Positions 1 to 8,373 of a DNA stretch of 24,000 nucleotides are shown here, in pieces. This DNA is from Cellulophaga sp. (lineage in GTDB: Bacteria > Bacteroidota > Bacteroidia > Flavobacteriales > Flavobacteriaceae). The first letter of the stretch is position 1. Every line of letters begins with the position of its first letter. The stretch lies in the NCBI GenBank assembly GCA_041738035.1, contig JBGSQM010000115.1, positions 2,900 to 26,899 of the forward strand. The letters run 5' to 3'. The notes under the pieces were generated by a model. It did not search any database. It saw only the letters and a program-made list of their open reading frames with translations, and was not told where the DNA came from. The position numbers and the translations under genes were made by a program.

Positions 1-1
1 G

Positions 2-559
2 GTTTACGATGCGAACATACAAATACCAGCATCTATTGTTGCTTATAGAACTCCCGGTTTTAAAGAACGTGATGCGTATGTTTTACAAATGATTTCGAGC
101 TACCTGAGCGATGGCCCTAGCTCTAAATTGTATAAAAAGATGGTTGATGATCAAAAACAAGCCCTATCAGTAGGTGCTTTTAATGTAGATCAGGAAGATT
201 ATGGCATGTATCTTGTGTTTTCACTTCCCGTTGGAGAAACTAGTTTAGAAACTTTAAATACTGAAATTGAAGAAGAAATTTTAAAAGTAAGAACAACCTT
301 AATCTCAGAAAAAGATTATCAAAAACTACAAAATAAATTTGAAAATCAGTTTGTAAATTCTAATTCAAGTGTAGAAGGCATTGCAGGTTCATTGGCAACC
401 TATTACATGCTCTACGGCGATACTTCATTGATCAACAAAGAAATCGATATTTACAGATCTATTTCTCGCGAAGAAATAAAAACGGTAGCTGAAAAGTATT
501 TAAAGCCTAATCAGCGCGTAATTATCGATTATTTACCAGAAGAAAAACCAGCAAATTAA
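2..559 (+). CDS. M16 (insulinase/pitrilysin) family peptidase, C-terminal part; CDS runs off the 5' edge of the window
   Basis: The frame of ORF 89..559 stays open back to nt 2 (VYDANIQIPASIVAYRTPGFKERDAYVLQM...). The sequence pattern fits an M16 C-terminal domain. It lies 28 nt upstream of a second M16 paralog, which is the usual tandem arrangement. Confidence 0.8.
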   Translation, partial: VYDANIQIPASIVAYRTPGFKERDAYVLQMISSYLSDGPSSKLYKKMVDDQKQALSVGAFNVDQEDYGMYLVFSLPVGETSLETLNTEIEEEILKVRTTLISEKDYQKLQNKFENQFVNSNSSVEGIAGSLATYYMLYGDTSLINKEIDIYRSISREEIKTVAEKYLKPNQRVIIDYLPEEKPAN

Positions 560-587
560 TTTAGATCCTGAAAAAAATTTAGCAAAT

Positions 588-2657
588 ATGAAAAAAATAT
601 ATATCACATTAGTTTTTGCGTTTATCGCCTTTATAGGTAGCGCGCAGATCGACAGAAGCACCATGCCAAAAGCAGGTCCTGCCCCCGAAATAAACCTAAA
701 AGAACCACAGCGTTTTGAACTTAAAAATGGATTGAAAGTATTAATGGTAGAAAACCATAAATTACCAAGAGTTTCTATACAATTACGTATTGATAATCCG
801 CCAATTACAGAAGGCAATAAAGCAGGTACTAGCACCTTTGTATCTAGTCTTTTAGGAAATGGCTCAAAATCTATTTCTAAAGATGCTTTTAACGAAGAAG
901 TAGATTTTTTAGGCGCTAGTATTAATTTTGGTTCTCAAAGTGCTTTTGGTAGTTCTTTATCTAAATATTTTCCAAGGCTTCTAGAATTAATGGCAGATGC
1001 TGCTATTCATCCAAATTTTACGCAGGTAGAATTTGATAAGGAAAAAGAAAAAATACTAACTGGTTTAAAATCTTCTGAAAAAGATGTGGCAAGCATAGCG
1101 GGCAGAGCTCAGTCTGCCTTAGCGTACGGAAAAGATCATCCCTACGGAGAATTTGTAACTCCTGAAACAGTAGAAAATATAACGCTTGCAGATGTAAATC
1201 AATTTTACAGAAACTATTTTGTACCTGCAAATGCTTATTTAATTGTTATTGGAGATGTAAACTTAAAGGATGTTGAAAAATTAGTAAAGAAAAACTTTAC
1301 CGCTTGGACCAAAGCAACACCTCCGTCATTCGAATTTTCAAAACCAGCAGATGCGCAATACACACAAATTAATTTTGTAGATGTACCCAATGCTGTTCAA
1401 TCAGAAATTTCAGTTCAAAGCTTAGTTAATTTAAAAATGAGTGATGCCGATTTTTTTCCCGCCTTAATTACCAATCAAATTTTAGGTGGTGGCGGTGAAG
1501 GTCGTTTATTCTTAAATTTAAGAGAAGACAAAGCTTATACTTATGGCTCCTACTCCAGCATTGGAAACGATAAATATGCGCCTTCAAAATTTTCTGCAAC
1601 CGCTCAGGTTAGAAATGCAGTAACCGATAGTTCTGTAGTAGAAATTTTAAAAGAGATTGATAAAATAAGAACAGAACCTGTTTCTGAAAAAGATTTAGCA
1701 AATACCAAGGCTAAATATATTGGCAGATTTATCATGGCTTTAGAACGTCCTGAAACTATAGCTGGCTATGCGCTAAACATCGAAACAGAAAATCTTCCGA
1801 AAGATTATTACAAGACCTATTTAGAGCGTATTAATGCCGTTAGCATTGCTGATGTTCAAAAAGCAGCTCAAAAATATTTTACAACAGATAATGCCAGAAT
1901 TGTGGTTGCTGGTAAAGGCAGTGAAGTTCTTGAAAATCTTGAAAAAGTGAACTTCAAAGGCAAAAACATTCCTGTAATGTATTACGATAAAATGGTAAAT
2001 GCCATAGAAAAGCCAGATTATAGTGCTGCCGTTCCAGATGGTATAAATGCCAAAACAGTTATAGAAAAATACATAAATGCTATTGGTGGAAAAGATAAGT
2101 TGGCGGCTGTTACGTCGTTTATGATGTCTGCCGATGCAGAAATTCAAGGTATGAAATTAAATCTTGAGGTTAAAAAAACCACTAGAGACCAGTTTATGCA
2201 AGATGTAAAAATGATGGGTAATTCTATGAGCAAACAAGTCATCGACGGAAATTCTGGTTATATGACAATGCAGGGTCAAAGAAAAGATTTAGAAGAAACT
2301 GAAATAGCTAAAATCAGCGTTGAATCTGCACCTTTTCCTGAACTAAGCTTTAATTATGACAATTTAAAGCTTGATGGAATAGAAGATATTGATGGTAAAA
2401 AAGCCTATAAAATTAAAATATCTGATGAAAAATCATCCTTTTATGATGTAACTACAGGCTTAAAACTCCAAGATGTGCTATCGGCCGACGTTAATGGTCA
2501 AAAAATGAGTAGTTCTTTTGATTTTTCAGATTATAAAGAAGTGTCTGGTATTTTATTTCCATTTAAATTAACACAGTCCTTAGGCCCACAAAAAGTAGAT
2601 TTTATAGTGAACTCCATCCAAATTAACGAAGGTGTTTCCGACGCTGATTTTAAATAA
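588..2657 (+). CDS. M16 family peptidase-like protein, secreted, apparently non-catalytic, with an extra C-terminal domain of about 200 aa
   Basis: 689-aa ORF with an N-terminal signal peptide (MKKIYITLVFAFIAFIGSAQ). It has the two-domain M16 layout. Where the HxxEH zinc motif should be it reads GTSTFVSSLLGNGSK, so no His/Glu motif is present. Residues from about 480 onward (INAKTVIEKYINAIGGKDKL...DGKKAYKIKI...SDYKEVSGILFPFK) extend beyond the M16 core. Confidence 0.85.
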   Translation: MKKIYITLVFAFIAFIGSAQIDRSTMPKAGPAPEINLKEPQRFELKNGLKVLMVENHKLPRVSIQLRIDNPPITEGNKAGTSTFVSSLLGNGSKSISKDAFNEEVDFLGASINFGSQSAFGSSLSKYFPRLLELMADAAIHPNFTQVEFDKEKEKILTGLKSSEKDVASIAGRAQSALAYGKDHPYGEFVTPETVENITLADVNQFYRNYFVPANAYLIVIGDVNLKDVEKLVKKNFTAWTKATPPSFEFSKPADAQYTQINFVDVPNAVQSEISVQSLVNLKMSDADFFPALITNQILGGGGEGRLFLNLREDKAYTYGSYSSIGNDKYAPSKFSATAQVRNAVTDSSVVEILKEIDKIRTEPVSEKDLANTKAKYIGRFIMALERPETIAGYALNIETENLPKDYYKTYLERINAVSIADVQKAAQKYFTTDNARIVVAGKGSEVLENLEKVNFKGKNIPVMYYDKMVNAIEKPDYSAAVPDGINAKTVIEKYINAIGGKDKLAAVTSFMMSADAEIQGMKLNLEVKKTTRDQFMQDVKMMGNSMSKQVIDGNSGYMTMQGQRKDLEETEIAKISVESAPFPELSFNYDNLKLDGIEDIDGKKAYKIKISDEKSSFYDVTTGLKLQDVLSADVNGQKMSSSFDFSDYKEVSGILFPFKLTQSLGPQKVDFIVNSIQINEGVSDADFK

Positions 2658-2735
2658 AAAATACTCACCAAAAACTACCCAAAAAGGTAGCTTTGACCTC
2701 TCAGGAAAAGAGGTGATAGAAAAGTAGTTTCAAAA

Positions 2736-2772
2736 CCTCCATAGTCAAATGATAGACTTTGGAGGTTTTTTG
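2736..2772 (+). terminator. Rho-independent terminator downstream of the M16 pair
   Basis: Stem CCTCCATAGTC ... GACTTTGGAGG with one mismatch, followed by TTTTTT. Confidence 0.6.
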
Positions 2773-2852
2773 ATTTTTAAAACCGAAAATTTCTTTTCTA
2801 AACAAAAAACTAAGACGAGTTCATTATCTTTATGGGTAAATAAAACATACTC

Positions 2853-3269
2853 ATGAAAAAATATATTTTGATTGCCGCCGCACTTTTATTAGGCTTTACG
2901 TACTCTTGTAAAGAAACCCCAAAAGATGATACCCCAACGCAAATGCAGCATGTAATGGCTGTACATGACGAAGTAATGCCAAAAATGGGCACCATTGGCA
3001 AATTAATTGGTCAATTAGAAGAAAAAATAAATGAAACCGAGACTCCAGAAGCGTTAATTGATGCTAGAACAGATTTAAGAGAAGCCAATAAAGCGATGAT
3101 GGACTGGATGAAAGGTTTTGGCGATAGCTTTGATGGCGACGAAATTATGAAAGGAAAAGCCCTCACGGAAGAAAAACAAAAAATTCTTGATGAAGAAGAA
3201 AAGAAAGTAGAAGCCCTTAAAGACCAAATAAATAGTAGTATTAAAAATGCTGAGAAGCTTTTGGAGTAG
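2853..3269 (+). CDS. Small conserved hypothetical lipoprotein, helical and Glu/Lys-rich
   Basis: 138-aa ORF with an SpII-type signal (MKKYILIAAALLLGFTYSC). The HVMAVHDEVMPKMG motif is one I remember from a conserved flavobacterial hypothetical family. Its 3' end is repeated at 7206..7409. Confidence 0.75.
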   Translation: MKKYILIAAALLLGFTYSCKETPKDDTPTQMQHVMAVHDEVMPKMGTIGKLIGQLEEKINETETPEALIDARTDLREANKAMMDWMKGFGDSFDGDEIMKGKALTEEKQKILDEEEKKVEALKDQINSSIKNAEKLLE

Positions 3270-3326
3270 AGGCGTTTTTTGAGGTTTTGGGTTTAAACGT
3301 GGCAATAATTATGAGTTGTAAGTAAT
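3066..3326 (+). repeat. Direct repeat copy A: 3' 204 nt of the lipoprotein gene plus about 55 nt downstream
   Basis: It aligns by hand with 7206..7466 at a constant offset of 4140 nt through the coding part. I counted about 30 mismatches over about 205 nt with no indels. Similarity continues past the stop codon with small indels. Confidence 0.85.
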
Positions 3327-3400
3327 GCCAAAAAACCCTCCAGAATTATAGGAATATCGCAGATTTAATTTTTGTGAATTTGGAAATATCGAATTAGAAA

Positions 3401-3878
3401 ATGAAACAGAAATTCTATTTAGACACACCAGTTTTTGGCGGAGTATTCGACAATGGATTTGACGAGACCACTTTACAGCTTTTTGAACGGATAAAAATGG
3501 GTAAAATCACCCGTTTGTAATCTGAATTGACGGAAACAGAACTAGTGGATGCGCCGACGCGGGTAATAAAATTCTTTAAGGAACTTCCAAAGGAGCATTT
3601 AGAGAAAATAGAGATAAACGATGACATTCTCGCTCTTGCAACTAAATACGTGGAAGAAAAAGTAGTTAGCGAAACAAGTTTTGACGATTGTATGCGACTG
3701 CAACGTTTTACCAAGCGGATATTTTGGTCAGTTGGCCCCGATAGTTCGGGGTAAGCATATTGTCAATATATATAGAATTAGAGACTACAACTCGATAAAC
3801 CTGCGAATGAACTACCTGCTCCGCAAAGTCTCCCGACTTTGCGGAACAAACAGAGTCGAAGAGATTAAAGTAAATTAA
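3401..3878 (+). pseudogene. Decayed PIN-domain (VapC-like) toxin gene
   Basis: ATG at 3401 gives MKQKFYLDTPVFGGVFDNGFDETTLQLFERIKMGKITRL, then an in-frame TAA at 3518..3520. The same frame continues SELTETELVDAPTRVIKFFKELPKEHLEKIEINDDILALATKYVEEKVVSETSFDDC. The expected C-terminal motifs are split over other frames (ADILVSW in one, KHIVNIYRIRDYNSINL in another). The acidic N-terminal D and the overall pattern match a PIN-like family as I remember it. Confidence 0.6.
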
Positions 3879-4265
3879 AAACATGAAATAATGCTCTATC
3901 ATTAGAGAACAGAGCAAAGTAGCTTTTAGTTCTAAAACAGTAGTAGTTTAAATTCATTTGTAAATTATGAAAAATATTAGCACGTTTAAACTATAAACCT
4001 CAAAGTCCAGAGACTCTGCGGAGCGGATTTTTCTCGTATTATATTCTTCAGCCTTGAAAATCAATAAAGTAAAAAAAATAAATGTACCGAGTTTATAATC
4101 GGAAGTTTAGTTGTTAAATCAATTGAGCAAATTAATTCAATAGATTCTGTATTTCAAGCACTTATAACAATGTCGGGTAAATGACGTGTCTAATACCATT
4201 AAATAAATTTGAGTAGCCAATTTAATAGAATAATATTGCCGAACAAACGATCAAATAGCAAACAA

Positions 4266-5111
4266 ATGAAACAACCAGCACTCGGCAAAAAAATTCTAGA
4301 GCTTAGAAAAGCGAAAGGCCTCACCCAAGAAGAGCTTGTAGAAAAATGTAATATCAGCGTGCGCACCATTCAGCGCATCGAAACGGGCGAGGTTACGCCA
4401 CGTGTTTACACCATCAAGACCATCCTGAATGCATTGGAGTACGACTTAGATCAAATCAATGAGGCGGCATTTGGAGCTAAGTCATTTGGCACCAAAATAA
4501 AAGAGTTTTTCTATATCGATCTCGATGAAGATAAGCCCGCAAGCTTCCTTAGTAATCAGTTGAATATTGCATGGATTTTTGGCGTGGTTTATTTTATTCT
4601 CGCCCTGTTGGAAGTGAGTGCCGAATACTACCGATTTGAAGAAAACAGAATGATTTTTGGAAATATTGTTTATATAGGAATTAAAGCTTCCGTTCTGATC
4701 AGCTACTTCTTCTTTATGCGCGGCTTTATACTAATTGGTGTATTATTCAAAAATTATTTACTTAGAATCATTTCCTTTATTCTGATACTCGCATATAGTT
4801 TCGCTCTAGGTTATGACATTGTTTCTTTGTTATACGATGATTATGCAATTGAGATTGTCCTAGTCACTGAGGCATTGATCTTTGGAGCATTAGCTGTCGT
4901 ATTTGGGCTTGCGATTATTCGACTACAGAAAACGCATGGCTCTATTGCTACCGCAGCGGGCGTTTTCGAATTGATTGTAGGCTTCTTTTTGATCACCGTT
5001 ATTTTGGCTTTGTTAGGGTTGCTAATATCACTACCCGCTGTTTTATTAGAGATTATATTAATCTACAAAACCCTTGATATTATTAAGGAAAAGCAAGAAG
5101 TAGATAATTAA
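4266..5111 (+). CDS. XRE-family helix-turn-helix regulator fused to a polytopic membrane domain
   Basis: The N-terminus LGKKILELRKAKGLTQEELVEKCNISVRTIQRIETGEVTP is a classic HTH_3/XRE motif. The C-terminal 180 aa or so contain about 5-6 hydrophobic helices. I prefer the ATG at 4266 over the TTG at 4209 used by the ORF track. Confidence 0.8.
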   Translation: MKQPALGKKILELRKAKGLTQEELVEKCNISVRTIQRIETGEVTPRVYTIKTILNALEYDLDQINEAAFGAKSFGTKIKEFFYIDLDEDKPASFLSNQLNIAWIFGVVYFILALLEVSAEYYRFEENRMIFGNIVYIGIKASVLISYFFFMRGFILIGVLFKNYLLRIISFILILAYSFALGYDIVSLLYDDYAIEIVLVTEALIFGALAVVFGLAIIRLQKTHGSIATAAGVFELIVGFFLITVILALLGLLISLPAVLLEIILIYKTLDIIKEKQEVDN

Positions 5112-5197
5112 TAAGATTAGAATTGAGGTGACAAAAAATCTTCCTCTACTGAAATTCTAGAATCGTTTTGCCACAACATTCATCCAATTAAACAATC

Positions 5198-5503
5198 ATG
5201 AAGAAAAAAGCATTAATATTTTTATTGGTTTTTACCGCAGGACTCCTTTACCTATTTGCATCCGTACCATCTCTATCTAAGCAACATGGAATGATTAAAA
5301 TCCAATTGTATTTGGGAGAATCTCCAAAGCGACCATTGACAGTGGCTTTTGGCGGAGGTTGCAATGACTGCATAAGGGACTATTTAAAGGGCAAAAGAAA
5401 TAGTCTCATTCAGCAAGGTTTTGCTGTACTAGCTGTAGGTTATTTCAATATTGATGAAACACCTGACCTACCTACTACATGCGAAATAGAAAAATATTTT
5501 TAA
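5198..5503 (+). pseudogene. N-terminal fragment of an alpha/beta-hydrolase-like (dienelactone hydrolase / BAAT-type) protein
   Basis: 101-aa ORF with a signal or anchor sequence, then LTVAFGGG...QQGFAVLAVGYFNIDETPDLP, which resembles the first strands of such hydrolases. No nucleophile elbow or catalytic residues follow. The ORF ends inside the start of the next gene (25-nt overlap). Confidence 0.4.
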
Positions 5504-7002
5504 TCATAGCCTTTTTTTGTGTTGTAAAACTAACATTGCACCTTATTGCGGACTCAAACTCTGGATTTCAAGGCGATGAACTATTGCATATAGAAACAGG
5601 AAATCACCCAAGTTTAGGGTATATGGAATTTCCACCTGTAATCGCTTGGTTGGCTTTTATCCAAAATCAATTTCATTTGCAATCCGTATTCGTACATCAC
5701 ATCTTTTCACACATTGCTTCAGTATTAATTTTAATATTAATCGCACTTATAACAGTAAAACTGGGGGGTAAATCAAAAGCGGTTTTTATTGTACTTCTTT
5801 GTATTTTGACCGCACCCGCTTTCGGCCGAGGCCATCAACTCTTTCAGCCCGTAGTATTTACGCACTTGTTTTGGCTTTTTTCGTTTTATCAATTGGTAAG
5901 ATATGTTAAAAGCTTTGACAAAAAATATTTACTTTATCTAACAATCTGTGTTGGTTTTGGCTTCCTTACAAAATATGATATTCTTTTCTTTATTGCAGGA
6001 CTTGCAGGATTTCTATTGAACAAGCCGACACGAATAGAAATTTTGCAAAAAGACATTTGGAAATATATTCTCTTGTTCATTTTAATTATAGCCCCAAATG
6101 TTTTGTGGCAATACAAGCACGGGTTTCCAGTACTTGATATGATCTCGCGCCTTTATGAAACCCAATTGGACAAATTGACGATTTTGGGAGTTCTTGAAAT
6201 CATAATCATATCCTTAAATCCTGTAACATTGTTTTTTTGGATTGGTGGTTTAATCTATATGTTTAGAACAAAGAACAATCCAACCTATTATCGACCAATT
6301 GCATTTACAATCATCATTTCCTTGATACTCTTGGCGTTGAACAAAAGCAAAGCTTACTATATGTATCCCGCAATGATAACGTTGATAATATTTGGGAGCA
6401 TTTGGTTTGAGCAAAGAATTCTGTCAAAACGACAATGGATTTTATATCCAGCAACGGCTCTTCTCGTTTTGTCGGGAATTGTGTTGGTCCCATTTGGGTT
6501 AGCCGTTCTGCCCTTGGATACATTTATCAAATTCGCAAGAATAGAAAAAAAAGACAATCGTTACCAAATAGAATATAAAGAGTACTACTCGAAATCAAAA
6601 TGGGAAAAAACTATGGACGGACTTCAAGCCGTTTATGATAGCCTACCAATTAACGAAAGAGAGGATTGTTTAATTTGGGGCAAACATTACAGTCAAGCAG
6701 GTGGAGTAAACCTTTTTAGGGAAAATTACGAAATGCCGAAAGCAATTTCATACCACGGCAGTTTCTACCTTTGGTCACCAGAAAAAGGCGAATTACCTAA
6801 AACAATTATAGCATTCTCAAACGGAGAAGCAGGAGTAGATTTTTTTCAGTCCTTCTTTAATTCGGTTGTGGCGGTAAAACAAATTTATAATCCGTATGCT
6901 GATGACGAAAAAGATTTATGGCAAACAATATATATTTGTAAAAAACCAAAACTAAATTTTGAACAATTGCGGACTGAATTTAAAACAAGAATTTTCGAAT
7001 AA
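5479..7002 (+). CDS. GT-C fold glycosyltransferase (GT39/GT83, ArnT/PMT-like), polytopic membrane protein
   Basis: 507-aa ORF. An acidic first-loop motif (FQGDELLHIETGNHPSLGYMEFPPVIAWL) is followed by about 10 or more hydrophobic helices and a soluble C-terminal domain, as in dolichyl/undecaprenyl-phosphate-sugar dependent transferases. Confidence 0.75.
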   Translation: MRNRKIFLIIAFFCVVKLTLHLIADSNSGFQGDELLHIETGNHPSLGYMEFPPVIAWLAFIQNQFHLQSVFVHHIFSHIASVLILILIALITVKLGGKSKAVFIVLLCILTAPAFGRGHQLFQPVVFTHLFWLFSFYQLVRYVKSFDKKYLLYLTICVGFGFLTKYDILFFIAGLAGFLLNKPTRIEILQKDIWKYILLFILIIAPNVLWQYKHGFPVLDMISRLYETQLDKLTILGVLEIIIISLNPVTLFFWIGGLIYMFRTKNNPTYYRPIAFTIIISLILLALNKSKAYYMYPAMITLIIFGSIWFEQRILSKRQWILYPATALLVLSGIVLVPFGLAVLPLDTFIKFARIEKKDNRYQIEYKEYYSKSKWEKTMDGLQAVYDSLPINEREDCLIWGKHYSQAGGVNLFRENYEMPKAISYHGSFYLWSPEKGELPKTIIAFSNGEAGVDFFQSFFNSVVAVKQIYNPYADDEKDLWQTIYICKKPKLNFEQLRTEFKTRIFE

Positions 7003-7205
7003 CTATGGAAATAAAAACGGCAGGTAACAAGATATAAACGCATTAGCGGAGTTAGTGCTAAATCAAAGGTCAGCGCTTTTTAATCCACTACTCCACCAAT
7101 ACGCAAAATTTTCAACGAAATTTGGGCACAATAAACTCTTTACTTACCTTTAGCGTTAGTATCATAAAACCAAAATATGATTGTTTTCTTTGGCTCGAAA
7201 GAGAC

Positions 7206-7409
7206 AGAACAGATTTATGAGCGGCAAACAAAGCCATGATGGACTGGATGAAAGGTTTTGGTGATAGCTTTGATGGCGAAGAATTTATGAAAGGGAAAAC
7301 CCCGACGGAAGAAAAACAAAAAATCTTAGACCAGCAAGAAAAGTCAGTTGAAGCTCTTAGAGACCAAATGAATAGTAGTATTGAAAATGCGGAGAAGTTA
7401 TTGGAGTAG
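7206..7409 (+). pseudogene. Orphan 3' fragment of a lipoprotein-gene homolog (repeat copy B, coding part)
   Basis: It translates in the homologous frame as RTDL*AANKAMMDWMKGFGDSFDGEEFMKGKTPTEEKQKILDQQEKSVEALRDQMNSSIENAEKLLE*. TGA at 7218..7220 replaces the AGA (Arg) of copy A. There is no upstream homology and no signal peptide. Confidence 0.8.
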
Positions 7410-7466
7410 AGTTTTGTTAAGATTAGGGTTTGAATTTGTCTATATTTAGGACTTGTGTGTAATATT
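7206..7466 (+). repeat. Direct repeat copy B (partner of 3066..3326)
   Basis: Hand alignment as described for copy A. Homology starts abruptly at 7206 and fades after about 7466. Confidence 0.85.
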
Positions 7467-7495
7467 TTAAAACTTTTTTATGAAAAAATTCTGTT

Positions 7496-7720
7496 TTGTC
7501 TTTGGCTGTTTTGTTTCTGAATTGTAAAAATAATCAAGAAAAAAATATTGATTATTTAGAAAATTTACCAGTTTTAACCAATGAAATTTTGATTATTGTA
7601 GAAGAGGACTCTTTTCAAGAATTTTCAACTAAAGTTAAATTTTCCTCTGACCAAATTGTAATATTAAAAACAAAAAAAAGCTGTAGCACGAAACATAGAA
7701 ATATTTGGAGCAGCGATTAA
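7496..7720 (+). CDS. Small putative lipoprotein; start uncertain, possibly frameshifted
   Basis: The ORF begins at a TTG and reads SLAVLFLNCKNNQEK, a lipobox-like LFLNC with no charged n-region. An ATG at 7480 followed by an A6 run is out of frame by one nt. With A5 the product would be MKNSVLSLAVLFLNCK..., a complete lipoprotein signal. Confidence 0.35.
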   Translation: MSLAVLFLNCKNNQEKNIDYLENLPVLTNEILIIVEEDSFQEFSTKVKFSSDQIVILKTKKSCSTKHRNIWSSD

Positions 7721-7812
7721 CAGGATTTTAAAATATAAAAATTCTGAAATTGAAAAGACAAATACGCATTTTCTCAGTTGTTGAAAAAAAATATTTTAAG
7801 AATCCGCAAAAA

Positions 7813-8373
7813 CTATTGTTCCCACCGTAAAGTCTCCATAATAGCACGCATATCGGCTTGTAAATAAGTGGCAGCGGGTAAAATAGAGTCGTAGTTGGGT
7901 TTGGTGTAAAAATAGGCCGAACCTGTAACAAAATGGTTGATACTGTCTGTGAGGTAAAATTGTGAGGGCGAAGCGGCATCGCCTATAATTTGAAAATAGG
8001 TGCCATATACCCTAGCGTCTTCATTTAAAAAAGTTCTTGGGGTAATATTATCTGCTTTTTTTAGGTGTTCAAAAGATAATTTTTGCGCATCGGCAATCAA
8101 CTTATCTAAATTGTTTTCAATTTTTTTGTGGGTAATAAAAATAGCGCCTTTCATTTCTGGATATTCCAAAATTATGGCATTTTTGTTCTTCACTAAAGGT
8201 TTTGCTTGCTCGTTATAGTTAAAAATAAAATCGTCATTTTGAAATTGAGCTTCTACAACCGTTGGGTATTCTAACCTGAGCATGGCCTTTGGTTTAGGAA
8301 TAAACGCATCATCTTGACATCCTACAATAATTAAATAAACTAGGGCAATGAGTCCAACAATTTTAAAATTCAT
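7813..8373 (-). CDS. gldD: Gliding motility lipoprotein GldD
   Basis: 186-aa ORF with a lipoprotein signal (LIIVGC). It sits immediately downstream of, and overlaps by 11 nt, a CNNM/CBS gene. This matches the gldE-gldD pair preceded by ssb and mutY known from Flavobacterium johnsoniae. Confidence 0.8.
   Translation of the reverse strand: MNFKIVGLIALVYLIIVGCQDDAFIPKPKAMLRLEYPTVVEAQFQNDDFIFNYNEQAKPLVKNKNAIILEYPEMKGAIFITHKKIENNLDKLIADAQKLSFEHLKKADNITPRTFLNEDARVYGTYFQIIGDAASPSQFYLTDSINHFVTGSAYFYTKPNYDSILPAATYLQADMRAIMETLRWEQ

Noticed and set aside
533-835. 100-aa minus-strand ORF across the junction of the two M16 genes; similar short antisense ORFs at 1018..1230, 1821..2147, 8000..8218, 9456..9725, 10594..10782, 12754..13567, 19204..19392, 20274..20665 and 21978..22193
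   Set aside because: All are embedded antisense or out of frame within long, motif-supported CDSs and show no family signatures.
3415-3917. Minus-strand ORFs 3415..3714 and 3708..3917, and plus-strand ORFs 3527..3754 and 3681..3878, considered as separate genes
   Set aside because: The plus-strand pieces are better explained as fragments of one decayed PIN-like gene. The minus-strand ORFs are antisense shadows with no recognisable motifs.
3270-7205. Calling the island an active mobile element or a defence island
   Set aside because: No integrase, transposase, excisionase, conjugation or recognisable defence gene is present. The only toxin-like gene is a pseudogene. Only a remnant interpretation is supportable.
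7236-7409. The ATG-initiated 57-codon ORF (MMDWMKGFGDSF...) within repeat copy B, considered as a functional small gene
   Set aside because: It corresponds only to the C-terminal third of the lipoprotein, lacks a signal peptide, and homology extends upstream through an in-frame TGA. It is best read as a gene fragment.
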